Shown one piece after another: positions 29,192-38,330 of a stretch of DNA of 64,000 bases. The DNA is taken from positions 10,124 through 74,123 of the forward strand of contig JAKQXH010000095.1 of assembly GCA_029561555.1 (NCBI GenBank), read 5' to 3'. The notes below the pieces were generated by a model. It ran no database searches and was not told where the DNA came from. It was given only the letters and a program-made list of their open reading frames with translations. The translations under genes were made by a program, and so were the position numbers. Numbering within the stretch: the first letter of the stretch is position 1; each line of letters starts with the position of its first letter. This stretch comes from Candidatus Omnitrophota bacterium (lineage in GTDB: Bacteria > Omnitrophota > Omnitrophia > Omnitrophales > Omnitrophaceae).

Positions 29192-30435
29192 GCGGCCTCT
29201 TCGTTTTTCTGAGGAGACATCCGTCCATTCTTGCGGATTGAAGAACACACAACCTTAGCAATCGCTTTCTGCCCTGCTTGATTGGGGTGCCCGTCCCAAG
29301 TCATCGGATAAGGTTGTTTGCCGTTTTTCAGATTTTTTCTCAAAACCGGCAGCAGATCCAAAAATAAAATATTTTGAGCGCGCAAAAATTCCTTCGTCTC
29401 GCGCCAAAGCTCCTTCTCGTTTCCAATCAATCGGTCGTACGTATCCGGCCTCCGGGACTGCGCCCGCTCAACCGCATCCTCAAAAACCGATTCTTTCGTC
29501 GGAACCAGCAGAACAAGAAACCCGGCTCCCCCGGCCCGGGCTTTTTCATCCATCAGCCGAAGCGCCTCAAGAGAGATCCGGAGTCCTTCGACAATCCTGA
29601 CATCTTTAAAATCAAGTCCGCAAAGCCGGTACTCCGGTGTAAAAATCGTCCGGCAGGAATCATTCAAGGCAAACGGCCAAAATGCCGGGTCGGAAGGAAC
29701 TCTTGACTTAAAAAAATCCCGGCCGATACCCCCGGGATCCCTCCGCGAAACAAATATCTTTTCGACCGTCTCCCGCCAAAACGCGTACGTTTTAAAATTC
29801 TTCAGAAAAAACGCCTCCGAACCCGAAGGAATTTCACGCCCCTTCATCTTTACCTCATTAAATAAATCCGTTGCCCGTTTTCTTAGCTGTTTTCTTTTTT
29901 CAAGCCGTTCGATTTCCCGAAGGACATTTTCATCCGAGCTTTTCAATCCGGGCAGTTGTCCAAAATAATAGACAAGATTAAACGAGTCATACAAATCATT
30001 CCCCGCATAAAACGCCTCGACAATCATCTTCGGCTTGAACTTCAAGGCCTCATCCATCCGCGTCAGGCTGTGTGCCGGCCCCCAACCGCTGCTGGCCATA
30101 TTGTACACGCTCCATCCGCCGATCTCCGCGACCCGCTGAGGCCAAGCATCCTCCCGTCCGACCCCAACACCGTAAGTCTGCGAATCTCCCGTCGCGACAA
30201 TTGACGCACGCTCAGGCACAGATTCGTTTCGAAATCCAAGCCGGTCATGCCCCGGAAAAGCCGGATTAGGACGGAATTCCAGGACCGGATCAGAAATCAA
30301 CTGCGGAATCGCAGTCTGCTGATTCGAGGGAGACTTTTCCAGAACACGCGGAAAGAGCCTGAGCAAAACCTCGCAAAGCGCAAAACTTACGCTGACGACA
30401 ATTACCAAATATAGAATTTTCTTCCGGAAACTCAT
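29188..30435 (-). CDS. SGNH/GDSL-family hydrolase, N-terminally membrane-anchored
   Basis: 415 aa. N-terminal [21 protein letters not shown]. Block [14 protein letters not shown]-terminal DxxH block [10 protein letters not shown]. Confidence 0.6.
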   Translation of the reverse strand: MSFRKKILYLVIVVSVSFALCEVLLRLFPRVLEKSPSNQQTAIPQLISDPVLEFRPNPAFPGHDRLGFRNESVPERASIVATGDSQTYGVGVGREDAWPQRVAEIGGWSVYNMASSGWGPAHSLTRMDEALKFKPKMIVEAFYAGNDLYDSFNLVYYFGQLPGLKSSDENVLREIERLEKRKQLRKRATDLFNEVKMKGREIPSGSEAFFLKNFKTYAFWRETVEKIFVSRRDPGGIGRDFFKSRVPSDPAFWPFALNDSCRTIFTPEYRLCGLDFKDVRIVEGLRISLEALRLMDEKARAGGAGFLVLLVPTKESVFEDAVERAQSRRPDTYDRLIGNEKELWRETKEFLRAQNILFLDLLPVLRKNLKNGKQPYPMTWDGHPNQAGQKAIAKVVCSSIRKNGRMSPQKNEEAA

Positions 30436-30500
30436 CTGCTTACAGGTTTCTTCTCCGCAGTAGTAAAAAAACCTTTGTGCGTTTAACTCAGTGTTTTTTA

Positions 30501-30645
30501 ATTCGGCAAATTCTACTGGAGGCAGCTCTCGCGGCCGTTTGGAGCTTGGTCTGGGGCAAAGCCCCAGTCCAAACGGCGAGAGCGCAAGCGGTCGCCTGCC
30601 GCCGGAGCGGGCGGACCGCTGGTGACGAAAGTAGATTTGCCGAAT
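30501..30645. other. 145-bp multi-hairpin element (candidate structured ncRNA or palindromic repeat), identity unknown
   Basis: Terminal helix ATTCGGCAAATTCTAC (30501-30516) / GTAGATTTGCCGAAT (30631-30645). Inner helices: CTCTC..GCCGTTTGGA / TCCAAACGGC GAGAG, CTGGGGC-aaa-GCCCCAG, GCGGTC...GACCGC, CCGC-cgga-GCGG. On the plus strand it is followed by AATTTTT. Confidence 0.35.
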
Positions 30646-30658
30646 AATTTTTCAAAAT

Positions 30659-31147
30659 TCATCTTCCTACGCGTGCCAAAAGTTTCGCCCTGAAATCATA
30701 GGCAACGATGCCGAACGCCACGGTCACATTGAGAGAATGTTTGAGCCCGGCCATTTCAATTTCAACGGCTTGGTCGCAAAAAGGCATTAAATCCGCGGAC
30801 ACACCGGTGTTTTCGTTCCCCAGGATGAGACAAACGGGCGCGGTAGGGAAAAAGTCCCGGTAGGAAACGCTTCCCTTTATCTGCTCAAGCAGCACGATTT
30901 GATATCCTTGGCCTTTCAGTTCACGAACCAAGCCCGGCGTATCTCTTCTTTTCTCCCAGGGGACCGTATTCTCCGAGCCCAATGCGGTTTTTGAAATCTT
31001 ATTATCGGGAGGATAACCGGTGATTCCGCACAGCCAAAGTTTTTCGATGCCGGCTCCGTCCGCCGTTCGAAAAATGGAGCCCACATTGTAGAGGCTCCGG
31101 ACATTATTCAGGATGACGGAAAACGGGAGTTTGTTTCCGGAAGCCAT
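30659..31147 (-). CDS. SpoU/TrmH-family RNA 2'-O-methyltransferase
   Basis: 162 aa. NVRSLYNVGSIFRTADGAG, LILGNENTGVS, LKHSLNVTVAFGIVAY are SPOUT motifs 1-3. Confidence 0.85.
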   Translation of the reverse strand: MASGNKLPFSVILNNVRSLYNVGSIFRTADGAGIEKLWLCGITGYPPDNKISKTALGSENTVPWEKRRDTPGLVRELKGQGYQIVLLEQIKGSVSYRDFFPTAPVCLILGNENTGVSADLMPFCDQAVEIEMAGLKHSLNVTVAFGIVAYDFRAKLLARVGR

Positions 31148-31153
31148 TCGGTG

Positions 31154-31576
31154 TTATTGCGCGGTCCCGTCCGGCCCGGTCTGTTTGCGTAATTTCACCC
31201 ATGAAAGGAATTTTTCGATTTCGGCCGTGTCCGGAGTCTCAAGCCCCTCGAATTCACAGCCGATTCGATAGCGTTTCTGCCCCATTCCTTTGCAGCAGTA
31301 GACAATTCGCGCGTTGCAGCGAAGGGAACGCCCCATGGGATAAGCGGCGGGCAAGTGAATATTGAGCTCGAAACGGGTTCCTTTTGAAAGCTTGATATAA
31401 GACAAAAACCGGGCGCCCCCCGCGGAAAGATCTTCTAATTCACCGTATTCAAACCGATAACGGGGCGCGGTCCAAAACGCGACGTCGATCCGGTCTCCGA
31501 TCGAAACCCGCGGCACTTTCCGCCGGTTGAACCAGGGAGTCCCAAAAACGCGGCTGAATCGATCCAAGATGCCCAT
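31154..31576 (-). CDS. PilZ-domain protein (putative c-di-GMP receptor)
   Basis: ORF track 31154..31606. Start trimmed to ATG 31576, with AAAGGAGA upstream. RxxxR motif NRRKVPRVS and D/NxSxxG motif EDLSAGGARF. Confidence 0.75.
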   Translation of the reverse strand: MGILDRFSRVFGTPWFNRRKVPRVSIGDRIDVAFWTAPRYRFEYGELEDLSAGGARFLSYIKLSKGTRFELNIHLPAAYPMGRSLRCNARIVYCCKGMGQKRYRIGCEFEGLETPDTAEIEKFLSWVKLRKQTGPDGTAQ

Positions 31577-31613
31577 ACCGAAGTCTCCTTTCACCCGCAG
31601 TTGCAAACGTCCG

Positions 31614-32048
31614 TTAAAGTTCCCCGATATCCTCGTTCCAAAGTTTCGGATTCTTCCGGATAAATTCCTCCATCATCGTCCTGCATTCCCGCAAGTCCAG
31701 ATCCACCACTTCCACCCCGTGCGTTTCCATGAATTCTCTCGCCCCCGGGAATGTTTTGGATTCCCCCGCGATCACCTTTTTGATCCCGAATTGGACCACC
31801 GCGCCCGCGCAGAAATAGCACGGCATCAATGTCGAATAGAGGACCGTTCCCCGGTAGATGCCGATCCGGCCGGCATTTTTCAGGCAATCGGTTTCGGCAT
31901 GCATCACCGGATTGCCCTCCTGAACCCTCTTATTATGCCCCTTTCCTATAATTTTCCCGTCTTTGACCAGAACGGAGCCGATCGGGATGCCGCCTTCCCG
32001 GAGGCCCGCTTCGGCCTCCAAAATCGCCGCCTTCATAAACTCATCCAC
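31614..32048 (-). CDS. Cytosine deaminase, yeast FCY1-type (CDA-fold nucleoside/nucleobase deaminase)
   Basis: 144 aa. GGIPIGSVLVKDGKIIGKGHNKR, HAE (VMHAETD), PCYFCAG (PCxxC), C-terminal NPKLWNEDIGEL (compare FCY1 ...DWFEDIGE). Confidence 0.8.
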   Translation of the reverse strand: MDEFMKAAILEAEAGLREGGIPIGSVLVKDGKIIGKGHNKRVQEGNPVMHAETDCLKNAGRIGIYRGTVLYSTLMPCYFCAGAVVQFGIKKVIAGESKTFPGAREFMETHGVEVVDLDLRECRTMMEEFIRKNPKLWNEDIGEL

Positions 32049-32086
32049 GGTATTTCCTCCCTCATCAAAAGACCGGACCTGTTTTT

Positions 32087-32509
32087 TTAATTCTGTTTCC
32101 GGACCGTTCCGTGCGGCAAAAACAAAAATACGTTTTTCCTCATTTCCTTGCTCGCCGGAAGGATCTTCCCTTCATCGACTTTCTCGGCCCAGATCACATC
32201 TCCTTCGTTCAACACCACTTTGGTATTCTTGTCAAAACCGTTCAGGAACCGCTCGACCCGGATGAGCGCCAGCTTCACGAAAAAATCCTCCTTTTTTTCC
32301 ACGAGCCGATGCTGGATCCGGGTAAAATCCTGAAACCACCGTATCCCGAAAAATTCCGAGAAAAACTTCTCCGTAAAATAGACGCAGAAAATCTCAAACC
32401 GCGTTCCCGGCCCGCGGATCTCGGCGCTCACCAGAAGAACGCTGTCGTCATTGGGATCTTCTTTGATATCGACAAATTCAATCTCGACAAAATCGGACTG
32501 GTGCTTCAT
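32087..32509 (-). CDS. Hypothetical protein (140 aa)
   Basis: Same strand and tight spacing with neighbours. Balanced composition (MKHQSDFVEIEFVDIKEDPNDDSVLLVSAEIRGPGTRFEIF...). I recognise no family. Confidence 0.5.
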   Translation of the reverse strand: MKHQSDFVEIEFVDIKEDPNDDSVLLVSAEIRGPGTRFEIFCVYFTEKFFSEFFGIRWFQDFTRIQHRLVEKKEDFFVKLALIRVERFLNGFDKNTKVVLNEGDVIWAEKVDEGKILPASKEMRKNVFLFLPHGTVRKQN

Positions 32510-32737
32510 TTCAAGTCAAGAGACCGTTCCCTTACTATAAATATCGGTTATCAGGCGGGAATATTTGATTTCTTTTTTCGGCAGACCCCCGAAGCCACCT
32601 CCGGGGCAACGGCCCGGCAATCGATACGCCCGACTGTGAACGCCTCTGCGCCCTGACCGCGCATTCGTCCCGTTTTGGCCTTCTGCCGGATTGCGCACAA
32701 AAAACGGGCCGGATAATTTTACGGAGTCAGCGCAGCG

Positions 32738-33028
32738 TTATTTTTTCTCCTGGCAGCACTTGATGCCCCAAGGACAGAGGTTGTAGATCAGGGCAAAGAG
32801 GGCTCCCCCCACCGCGCCGTCCAGCAACGCATAGGCCGTCCCGACCAAAACGGATTTCAGGGTCGGCAAAGCATGATACCCGGGATAAATGGAACTTGCC
32901 AGATCAAGAAACGCCTTCCCGTACTCCGGCCATTTAACATTCGCGATCCCCACGAAAAAAACGGCCCCTCCCCACAACAGAGAACAAGCGACGGAAACAC
33001 CGCAGACACAAAGCTTCGATCGTTCCAT
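32738..33028 (-). CDS. Small membrane protein (96 aa, 2-3 TM)
   Basis: Hydrophobic segments LCVCGVSVACSLLWGGAVFFVGI and VLVGTAYALLDGAVGGALFALIY. C-terminal CPWGIKCCQEKK. Confidence 0.5.
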   Translation of the reverse strand: MERSKLCVCGVSVACSLLWGGAVFFVGIANVKWPEYGKAFLDLASSIYPGYHALPTLKSVLVGTAYALLDGAVGGALFALIYNLCPWGIKCCQEKK

Positions 33029-33180
33029 TATTCACCTCCCGTTGTTAAGAAAAGTTTAGAGACTGCCCCCCTCATTCGCTCATGAAAACCCGGTTAGCCC
33101 ATACCTATACGATACATCCTCACACGAGACACCGCCACAGAAAATCCCGGTTTATTTCCAAACAGCGTTGCCCCCTAAAA

Positions 33181-33219
33181 ACAAAAGCCCCGCTCTTTTG
33201 GAGCGGGGCTTTTGTTTTT
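33181..33219 (-). terminator. Rho-independent terminator downstream of cspA (bidirectional shape)
   Basis: GCCCCGCTC (33187-33195), loop ttttg, GAGCGGGGC (33201-33209). Flanked by ACAAAA on the left (a T-run on minus) and TTTTGTTTTT on the right. Confidence 0.8.
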
Positions 33220-33253
33220 CGGCTACCCTCTTTTCGGAGGGCATTATACTGGC

Positions 33254-33457
33254 TTAACGTTTGATAACGTTGGCAGCCTGTTCGCCTTTGGGTCCAGAGA
33301 CCACGTCAAATTCAACGACGTCACCTTCATTCAAGGTTTTAAAACCGGTTCCCTGAATCGCGGAATGATGAACAAACACATCTTTCCCCGAATTTTCAGG
33401 AGTGATGAACCCATAACCTTTCTGATTACTGAACCACTTCACGGTACCACGTGCCAT
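33254..33457 (-). CDS. cspA: Cold-shock protein (CSD)
   Basis: 67 aa. [34 protein letters not shown] has the RNP1 (KGYGFI) and RNP2 (VFVHH) motifs. Confidence 0.95.
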   Translation of the reverse strand: MARGTVKWFSNQKGYGFITPENSGKDVFVHHSAIQGTGFKTLNEGDVVEFDVVSGPKGEQAANVIKR

Positions 33458-33582
33458 GACTCTTTTCCTTTCTTGTGAAGCGACAGGCTTACTGCAATAA
33501 ACCCCGCAGGCTTCTCAAACACCCGCGTTACTACACTTTATTCGAAGTAACCTTCAGGCTTCACATCAATTAAAGTGGAAAA

Positions 33583-33611
33583 AGCATAATATCTTTTTCG
33601 GCTAAAGTCAA
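33583..33611 (-). promoter_or_regulatory. Candidate promoter of cspA, implying a long (~125 nt) 5' UTR
   Basis: On the minus strand: TTGACT (33611-33606), 17 nt, TATGCT (33588-33583). Long cspA leaders are well known as thermosensors. Confidence 0.35.
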
Positions 33612-33771
33612 TATTTTAAGTGCCGGCTCCCCCGCGGCGGTCAGGCATAAATTTCAATCTTTTATTCGAGATTTTCCCGAAACCTGCCGATAAAAAAATA
33701 AAGACGATCGCCCGCTTCCAAACGCAGCATCCGGGCCTTTTATATTGAGATTGATAAAGGAGGAAAAAAAC

Positions 33772-33984
33772 ATGGAAAGAACAGCCGTACAATCCAGTGA
33801 TCTTGCCATTGTCGGATATGACCAAAAAACATTGACGCTTGAAGTGGCGTTCCGGAACGGGGGCGTTTACCGCTATTCCGAAGTTCCGGAATATGTGCAT
33901 ACCAGCCTGATGTTCGCCCCTTCGTTAGGTGCTTATTTCAAGCAGAACGTAAAAGGCAAATATCCGTTCGAAAAAGTTCATTGA
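33772..33984 (+). CDS. KTSC-domain protein
   Basis: ORF track 33745..33984. Start trimmed to ATG 33772, with AAGGAGG upstream. SSDLAIVGYDQKTLTLEVAFRNGGVYRYSEVPEYVHTSLMFAPSLGAYF is the KTSC pattern. Confidence 0.75.
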   Translation: MERTAVQSSDLAIVGYDQKTLTLEVAFRNGGVYRYSEVPEYVHTSLMFAPSLGAYFKQNVKGKYPFEKVH

Positions 33985-34004
33985 ACTTCAGGCCCCGACG
34001 AGAC

Positions 34005-34865
34005 ATGAAAACCCGAAGCCTGCTTTCGCAGGATAAAATCTGGTCCAAATTCAGCAACGATAAAGTCGATATCGGGGAAAGACTGGCTAAAGTCATCCGC
34101 ACCCTGGAAAAAGCCGCCCCGCTGAACCGCCCTCTGCGGGGGCTTTCGATCGGTTCCAGCAATGAGCCCCAGTTTAGGATCCTGCAGTCTCATTTCGGGG
34201 GAGGACTTTATCTGCTGGATATCGACCGGACGGCTCTGAGCGCCGTTCGGGAGCGGGTTTTCCGGCAGAAAACAAAGAATGTCCGTACCATCACGAAAGA
34301 TTTTAAAAAAATATTCCTCGACGCGGCAAAAACAAAGGCCTTCCTGCAAAACAAACTCGGCGGGAAGAAAGTGGACTTGATCACGCTGGAACATTCTCTT
34401 TACTATTCGGAAGAATCCGAATGGCCGCGTTTCATCGAAAACCTTTACCGCTATCTGCTGGCCCCCACGGGGGCGATTCACTGCGTCCTAATGGCATCAC
34501 GGAGCCGGAATCCCTCCACAACGACCTGGCTTTATAATTATTTCGCGGGAAAATTCTTCGGGCACAAAAACGACCAGTCTCTACCCCGGTTCAAAAGAGA
34601 GCTCCGGGAAAATCCGGTTTTTAAACGCGCACAAATTTTGTCCGCAAAAAGTCACGTGCATTTCTGGGCGGGCAGCTTCCGACATTTCATGGCCGTTGTC
34701 TGGATGATTCTCCTGTACCCGCACATTCACCCCTATAGCCCGTCCCAACGAAAAGAAATCGCGCATACGATCTCGAGGCGGTTCTTCAGAAAGAAAAGTC
34801 CTTTGATCCAAGAGCAGGATCATCTGGTCATTTACCGGGGGATTCCGTTCAAAGGGCTGATCTAG
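34005..34865 (+). CDS. Hypothetical protein, possible Rossmann-fold methyltransferase-like
   Basis: ORF track 33981 (TTG)..34865. The first ATG is at 34005. LRGLSIGSSNEPQFRIL...LYLLDIDRTAL...DLITLEHSLYY suggests a class-I MTase-like fold. Weak. Confidence 0.5.
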   Translation: MKTRSLLSQDKIWSKFSNDKVDIGERLAKVIRTLEKAAPLNRPLRGLSIGSSNEPQFRILQSHFGGGLYLLDIDRTALSAVRERVFRQKTKNVRTITKDFKKIFLDAAKTKAFLQNKLGGKKVDLITLEHSLYYSEESEWPRFIENLYRYLLAPTGAIHCVLMASRSRNPSTTTWLYNYFAGKFFGHKNDQSLPRFKRELRENPVFKRAQILSAKSHVHFWAGSFRHFMAVVWMILLYPHIHPYSPSQRKEIAHTISRRFFRKKSPLIQEQDHLVIYRGIPFKGLI

Positions 34866-35851
34866 ATCCGGGACTTTCCCCTGCAAAGCTCAAAATCCCG
34901 GAGGATGCAGAGCATTTCATCCGGAGACTTGCTGCGGTTGATGCGGTTCCTGAATTGCCCGATCCCCGGACAATATTTGAAATACCAGCAAGCAATCCGT
35001 TTTGAATTCAGGAAACCCGTTACTTCCCCTTCGAATTCAAACTCCATTTCGACATGGCGGATCGCGACACGCTTCCGGTCTTCAAACGAAGGTTCGGGGT
35101 CCGGAGGAACCCCTTTCAGGGCTTTTTGCGTTTCACGGTAAATCCAGGGATTCCCCAAAGCACCCCGGCCGATCATGACCCCGTCACAGCCGGTTGATTC
35201 AACCAGCCGCCTCGCGTCTTCCCCGTTCATCACATCCCCGTTCCCGATCACGGGAATCTTCACCGCCCGCTTGACCCGCGCGATGGAATCCCAATCCGCC
35301 TTCCCCGTATACCCCTGGGCACGGGTCCGCCCGTGAACCGTCACCGCGGAAACCCCGCAATCCTGGGCGATTTCCGTCATCCGGACCGCTTCCCTCCCCG
35401 AAACGTCCGAAAACCCCTTTCGCATTTTAACGGTTACCGGGATTTTTTTAACGCGCGCAACCACAGTCCTGAAAATTTTCTCCGCCTTTTCGGGATCCGC
35501 AAGAAGCGCCGACCCTCCTCCCGAGCACGTAATCTTCCGGACCGGGCACCCCAAGTTGATATCCAAAAGATCAAACCCCATGGCTTCGATCATGGCGGCC
35601 GCTTCTCCCATCACTTCCGGCTTCGCGCCGACTAATTGTGCGCCCAACGGACGGTGGTCCTCCGGCGAGCTCTTGAGCAGGCTCAGAGTCTGCTTGTTCC
35701 GGCGCACCAGCGCCTCGGCAGAGACCATTTCAAGGAAAGCGAATTCCATCCCGAACTCGCGGCCGATCACGCGGAACGCAAGATCGCTGCAGCCAGCCAG
35801 GGGGGATTGGAGAACTCCCGTTTTAAGAAGAAGGGTCTTCAGACGGATCAT
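34862..35851 (-). CDS. dus: tRNA-dihydrouridine synthase
   Basis: 329 aa. LAGCSDLAFRVIGREFG, DINLGCPVRKI (catalytic Cys), VTVHGRTR, IPVIGNGDV. Confidence 0.9.
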   Translation of the reverse strand: MIRLKTLLLKTGVLQSPLAGCSDLAFRVIGREFGMEFAFLEMVSAEALVRRNKQTLSLLKSSPEDHRPLGAQLVGAKPEVMGEAAAMIEAMGFDLLDINLGCPVRKITCSGGGSALLADPEKAEKIFRTVVARVKKIPVTVKMRKGFSDVSGREAVRMTEIAQDCGVSAVTVHGRTRAQGYTGKADWDSIARVKRAVKIPVIGNGDVMNGEDARRLVESTGCDGVMIGRGALGNPWIYRETQKALKGVPPDPEPSFEDRKRVAIRHVEMEFEFEGEVTGFLNSKRIACWYFKYCPGIGQFRNRINRSKSPDEMLCILRDFELCRGKSRI

Positions 35852-35903
35852 TTAAAATCCTGAGGGCAAATCGGCGGTAATCGGGAAACCCGGATCGTCG
35901 CTT

Positions 35904-36101
35904 TTACCGGGGACTCGGGACATTCCCCGCCAAGGCAAAGCCCATGCGTTTCATCGCCTTCACCATCCTCGCAAACGCCTGCGCCGGGGAAACTCCTTCC
36001 GTCAAATTATTCATGCAGATTGCGGCATATCCTCTTCGGTTCCTGAGCTTGAAAATCCGGACTTTTCCGGCGGAAATTTTTCTCAACACCTTCTTAGGCA
36101 T
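35904..36101 (-). CDS. Small basic hypothetical protein (65 aa), translationally coupled to glpD
   Basis: The ATG at 36101 overlaps the glpD stop (36094-36096) in ATGCCTAA. MPKKVLRKISAGKVRIFKLRNRRGYAAICMNNLTEGVSPAQAFARMVKAMKRMGF. The longer ORF-track version (to 36224) overlaps glpD out of frame. Confidence 0.4.
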   Translation of the reverse strand: MPKKVLRKISAGKVRIFKLRNRRGYAAICMNNLTEGVSPAQAFARMVKAMKRMGFALAGNVPSPR

Positions 36102-37620
36102 AATCTTCTCCTCTCTGCTTGATCGATGGACAAACTTCGGCAATGGCCTTCCGGAATGATTTCTCCATGTCTTCCGTCCGTTTCGGGGAATATCCCAGCG
36201 AAAGCCGCCGTAAAAAGATATCATCCGCCGTCACGGCCATTTCGACCGCGGCGGAATAAACAATCTGCGCTTTAATTATCGGAAGGAAGGGGACAATTCT
36301 TTCCTTTAATTTCGGATTTCCCTTCGTCAGGGCCAGGATACGGGGATATTGGGCCCCGTACTTCTCCCGCAGGGCACAAATAATTTCTTCATCCAGCCCG
36401 TATTCGCGCGAAACCGCCGCCGGATCCCCGGCCGCTTCCCCGCTCCCGAAAATGGCATAGGTCCTTTCCCGCCGCGGCGCCGTGATTTTATTCACGCAGT
36501 CTTCCGCGATTTTCCGGTACGTGGTGTATTTCCCGCCGATGACAAAAAGAATTCCGGATTTTGTTTCGAAAAGATAATGCTTGCGGGGAATTTTGGACGG
36601 CGCCCCGTAAAGGCGTACCAGCGGCCGCAAGCCGGCAAACGCGGAAGCGATATCCGTCTCGCCGAGAGACAAGGAAGGGAAAACCCGCCGGGTTTCCTCA
36701 ATGAGATAATTCATGTCATCCCGCCTGACGTCCACTCGGTCCGGGTTCCCGACATAATCCGTGTCCGTCGTTCCGATCATCGAGCCCCCCTGCCACGGCA
36801 GGACAAAAAAAATCCGGTTATCCCTTCGCGACGGAATCAAAAGCGCGTGATCCGAGATCTTCGCGGCGCAAACGAGATGAATCCCCTTCGTCGTGCGGAC
36901 TTTCTTTTCGGCCTGCGCATCGTCCATCCGGACCAGCTGATTCGTCCACGGCCCCGCGGCGCAAAGAATCCTTTTCGCCCTCATCTCGAATTCTTCGCCG
37001 GAAAACCGGTCCCGCACTTTTACCCCGGCCGCTTTTCCGCCCGCCTTAATGAAAGAGAAAACTTCGGCATAATTCGCGACCTGAGCCCCCTTTTCGGCGG
37101 CCGACAAAACATTCTCAAGGCATAGCCGGGCATCATCCATCTGGGCGTCAAAATACATCACCCCGCCCTTCAGCCCCTCCCGTTTGAGACCGGGCTCAAG
37201 CCGCATCAATTCCTCGCGGCTCAAACTTTGATGCCGCCCGATCCGGTACCGTCCCGCGATACGGTCATAGAGAAAAACGCCGAGCCGCATCATCCAAAGC
37301 GGCCGTTTGTCCCCTTTATACACGGGAATAATGAAGCGAAGCGGCTTGACAAGATGCGGCGCGCATTGAAGCTGCAGGGCCCGCTCCCGGAGGGATTCAA
37401 ACACCAGGTCGAATTCGAAATTTTCCAGATAGCGTATCCCGCCGTGGATCAGTTTGGAGGATTTGCTGGAAGTCCCGCTCCCGAAGTCCCCTTTCTCGAG
37501 AAGCGCAACGGAAAGACCGCGGCCCGCGGCGATATTCGCAATCGCCGCCCCGTTGATCCCCCCGCCGATCACCAGCAAGTCATAGTTTTTTTTTGAAAAT
37601 TCGCTTAGATTCCGGGACAA
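36094..37620 (-). CDS. glpD: FAD-dependent glycerol-3-phosphate dehydrogenase/oxidase
   Basis: 508 aa. TTG start at 37620 with GGAG upstream. YDLLVIGGGINGAAIANIAAGRGLSVALLEKGDFGSGTSSKSSKLIHGGIRYLE is the GlpD N-terminal signature. Confidence 0.9.
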   Translation of the reverse strand: MSRNLSEFSKKNYDLLVIGGGINGAAIANIAAGRGLSVALLEKGDFGSGTSSKSSKLIHGGIRYLENFEFDLVFESLRERALQLQCAPHLVKPLRFIIPVYKGDKRPLWMMRLGVFLYDRIAGRYRIGRHQSLSREELMRLEPGLKREGLKGGVMYFDAQMDDARLCLENVLSAAEKGAQVANYAEVFSFIKAGGKAAGVKVRDRFSGEEFEMRAKRILCAAGPWTNQLVRMDDAQAEKKVRTTKGIHLVCAAKISDHALLIPSRRDNRIFFVLPWQGGSMIGTTDTDYVGNPDRVDVRRDDMNYLIEETRRVFPSLSLGETDIASAFAGLRPLVRLYGAPSKIPRKHYLFETKSGILFVIGGKYTTYRKIAEDCVNKITAPRRERTYAIFGSGEAAGDPAAVSREYGLDEEIICALREKYGAQYPRILALTKGNPKLKERIVPFLPIIKAQIVYSAAVEMAVTADDIFLRRLSLGYSPKRTEDMEKSFRKAIAEVCPSIKQRGEDYA

Positions 37621-37640
37621 GATTTACACTCCGTCTTGCG

Positions 37641-37661
37641 CTTCACGCTTCACTCTTCACG
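37641..37661. repeat. CTTCACG heptamer array (x3), solitary copy
   Basis: CTTCACG CTTCACT CTTCACG lies between the glpD start and the redoxin stop. It belongs to the same family as the arrays flanking the RAYT gene. Confidence 0.7.
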
Positions 37662-37690
37662 GCTTTAATGCGTTTTACGAACGACGTTCT

Positions 37691-38311
37691 TTAATACTTC
37701 ACCGAACAGCCGTATGCCTGAGTCGAAGGTTTGCTCACCGGCCTTCCGTTCATCGCTTCAAACAGCGCCGCCTCGACATAATTCTCCGCCTTCGGAATAT
37801 CGGCAGGATCCGTACTCGGAATACTGTCGATGGCCCCCTGGTAAACAAGAATCCCGTCGGGATTGATCACAAACATATGCGGAGTGGCTTTCGCTCCGTA
37901 TGCGCGCCCCACGCGCCCGTCCGGATCCGGAAGGATTGCGGTCGGAACCGCCCCTTTCTCGGCCGCCATTTTATTCCAGGTCTCCGGAGGATAATTCCCC
38001 TGTTTCCCGGGCGCGGAAGAGCAAATCAAAAACCAAATCACCCCTCTGCCGGTACAAGTTTTCTGCAATTCCTGCATGCGACCGCTACCGTAGTATTTCT
38101 TCACGAATGGGCAGTCATAATTGGTCCATTCCAAAACGACAAACTTGCCTTTCACTCCTTCCAGGGAATGCGTCTTTCCCTGCGTGTCCTTCAGCGTAAA
38201 ATCGGGCGCTGGATTTCCGGTTACAACCCCTCCGGCCACCCCTATTGAATGCATTCCGAAAAACACAGCCGCAAGCACCCATACTCCCAAAAGAATTCTT
38301 TTCCCCCTCAT
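37691..38311 (-). CDS. Secreted thioredoxin-fold protein (redoxin/AhpC-TSA family)
   Basis: 206 aa. Signal peptide ILLGVWVLAAVFFGMHSIGVAG. PAPDFTLKDTQGKTHSLEGVKGKFVVLEWTNYDCPFV is a peroxiredoxin/redoxin-type motif with a single Cys. Confidence 0.6.
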   Translation of the reverse strand: MRGKRILLGVWVLAAVFFGMHSIGVAGGVVTGNPAPDFTLKDTQGKTHSLEGVKGKFVVLEWTNYDCPFVKKYYGSGRMQELQKTCTGRGVIWFLICSSAPGKQGNYPPETWNKMAAEKGAVPTAILPDPDGRVGRAYGAKATPHMFVINPDGILVYQGAIDSIPSTDPADIPKAENYVEAALFEAMNGRPVSKPSTQAYGCSVKY

Positions 38312-38330
38312 TGTTCACCTCTTCAGCATT

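Noticed and set aside
30501-30645. Identification of the 145-bp hairpin element as SRP (4.5S) RNA, 6S RNA or tmRNA.
   Set aside because: On neither strand do I find the SRP domain-IV signature (a GGAA tetraloop with flanking AGCA/GCAGCC-type loops), the 6S central bubble architecture or a tRNA-like end. Identity is left open.
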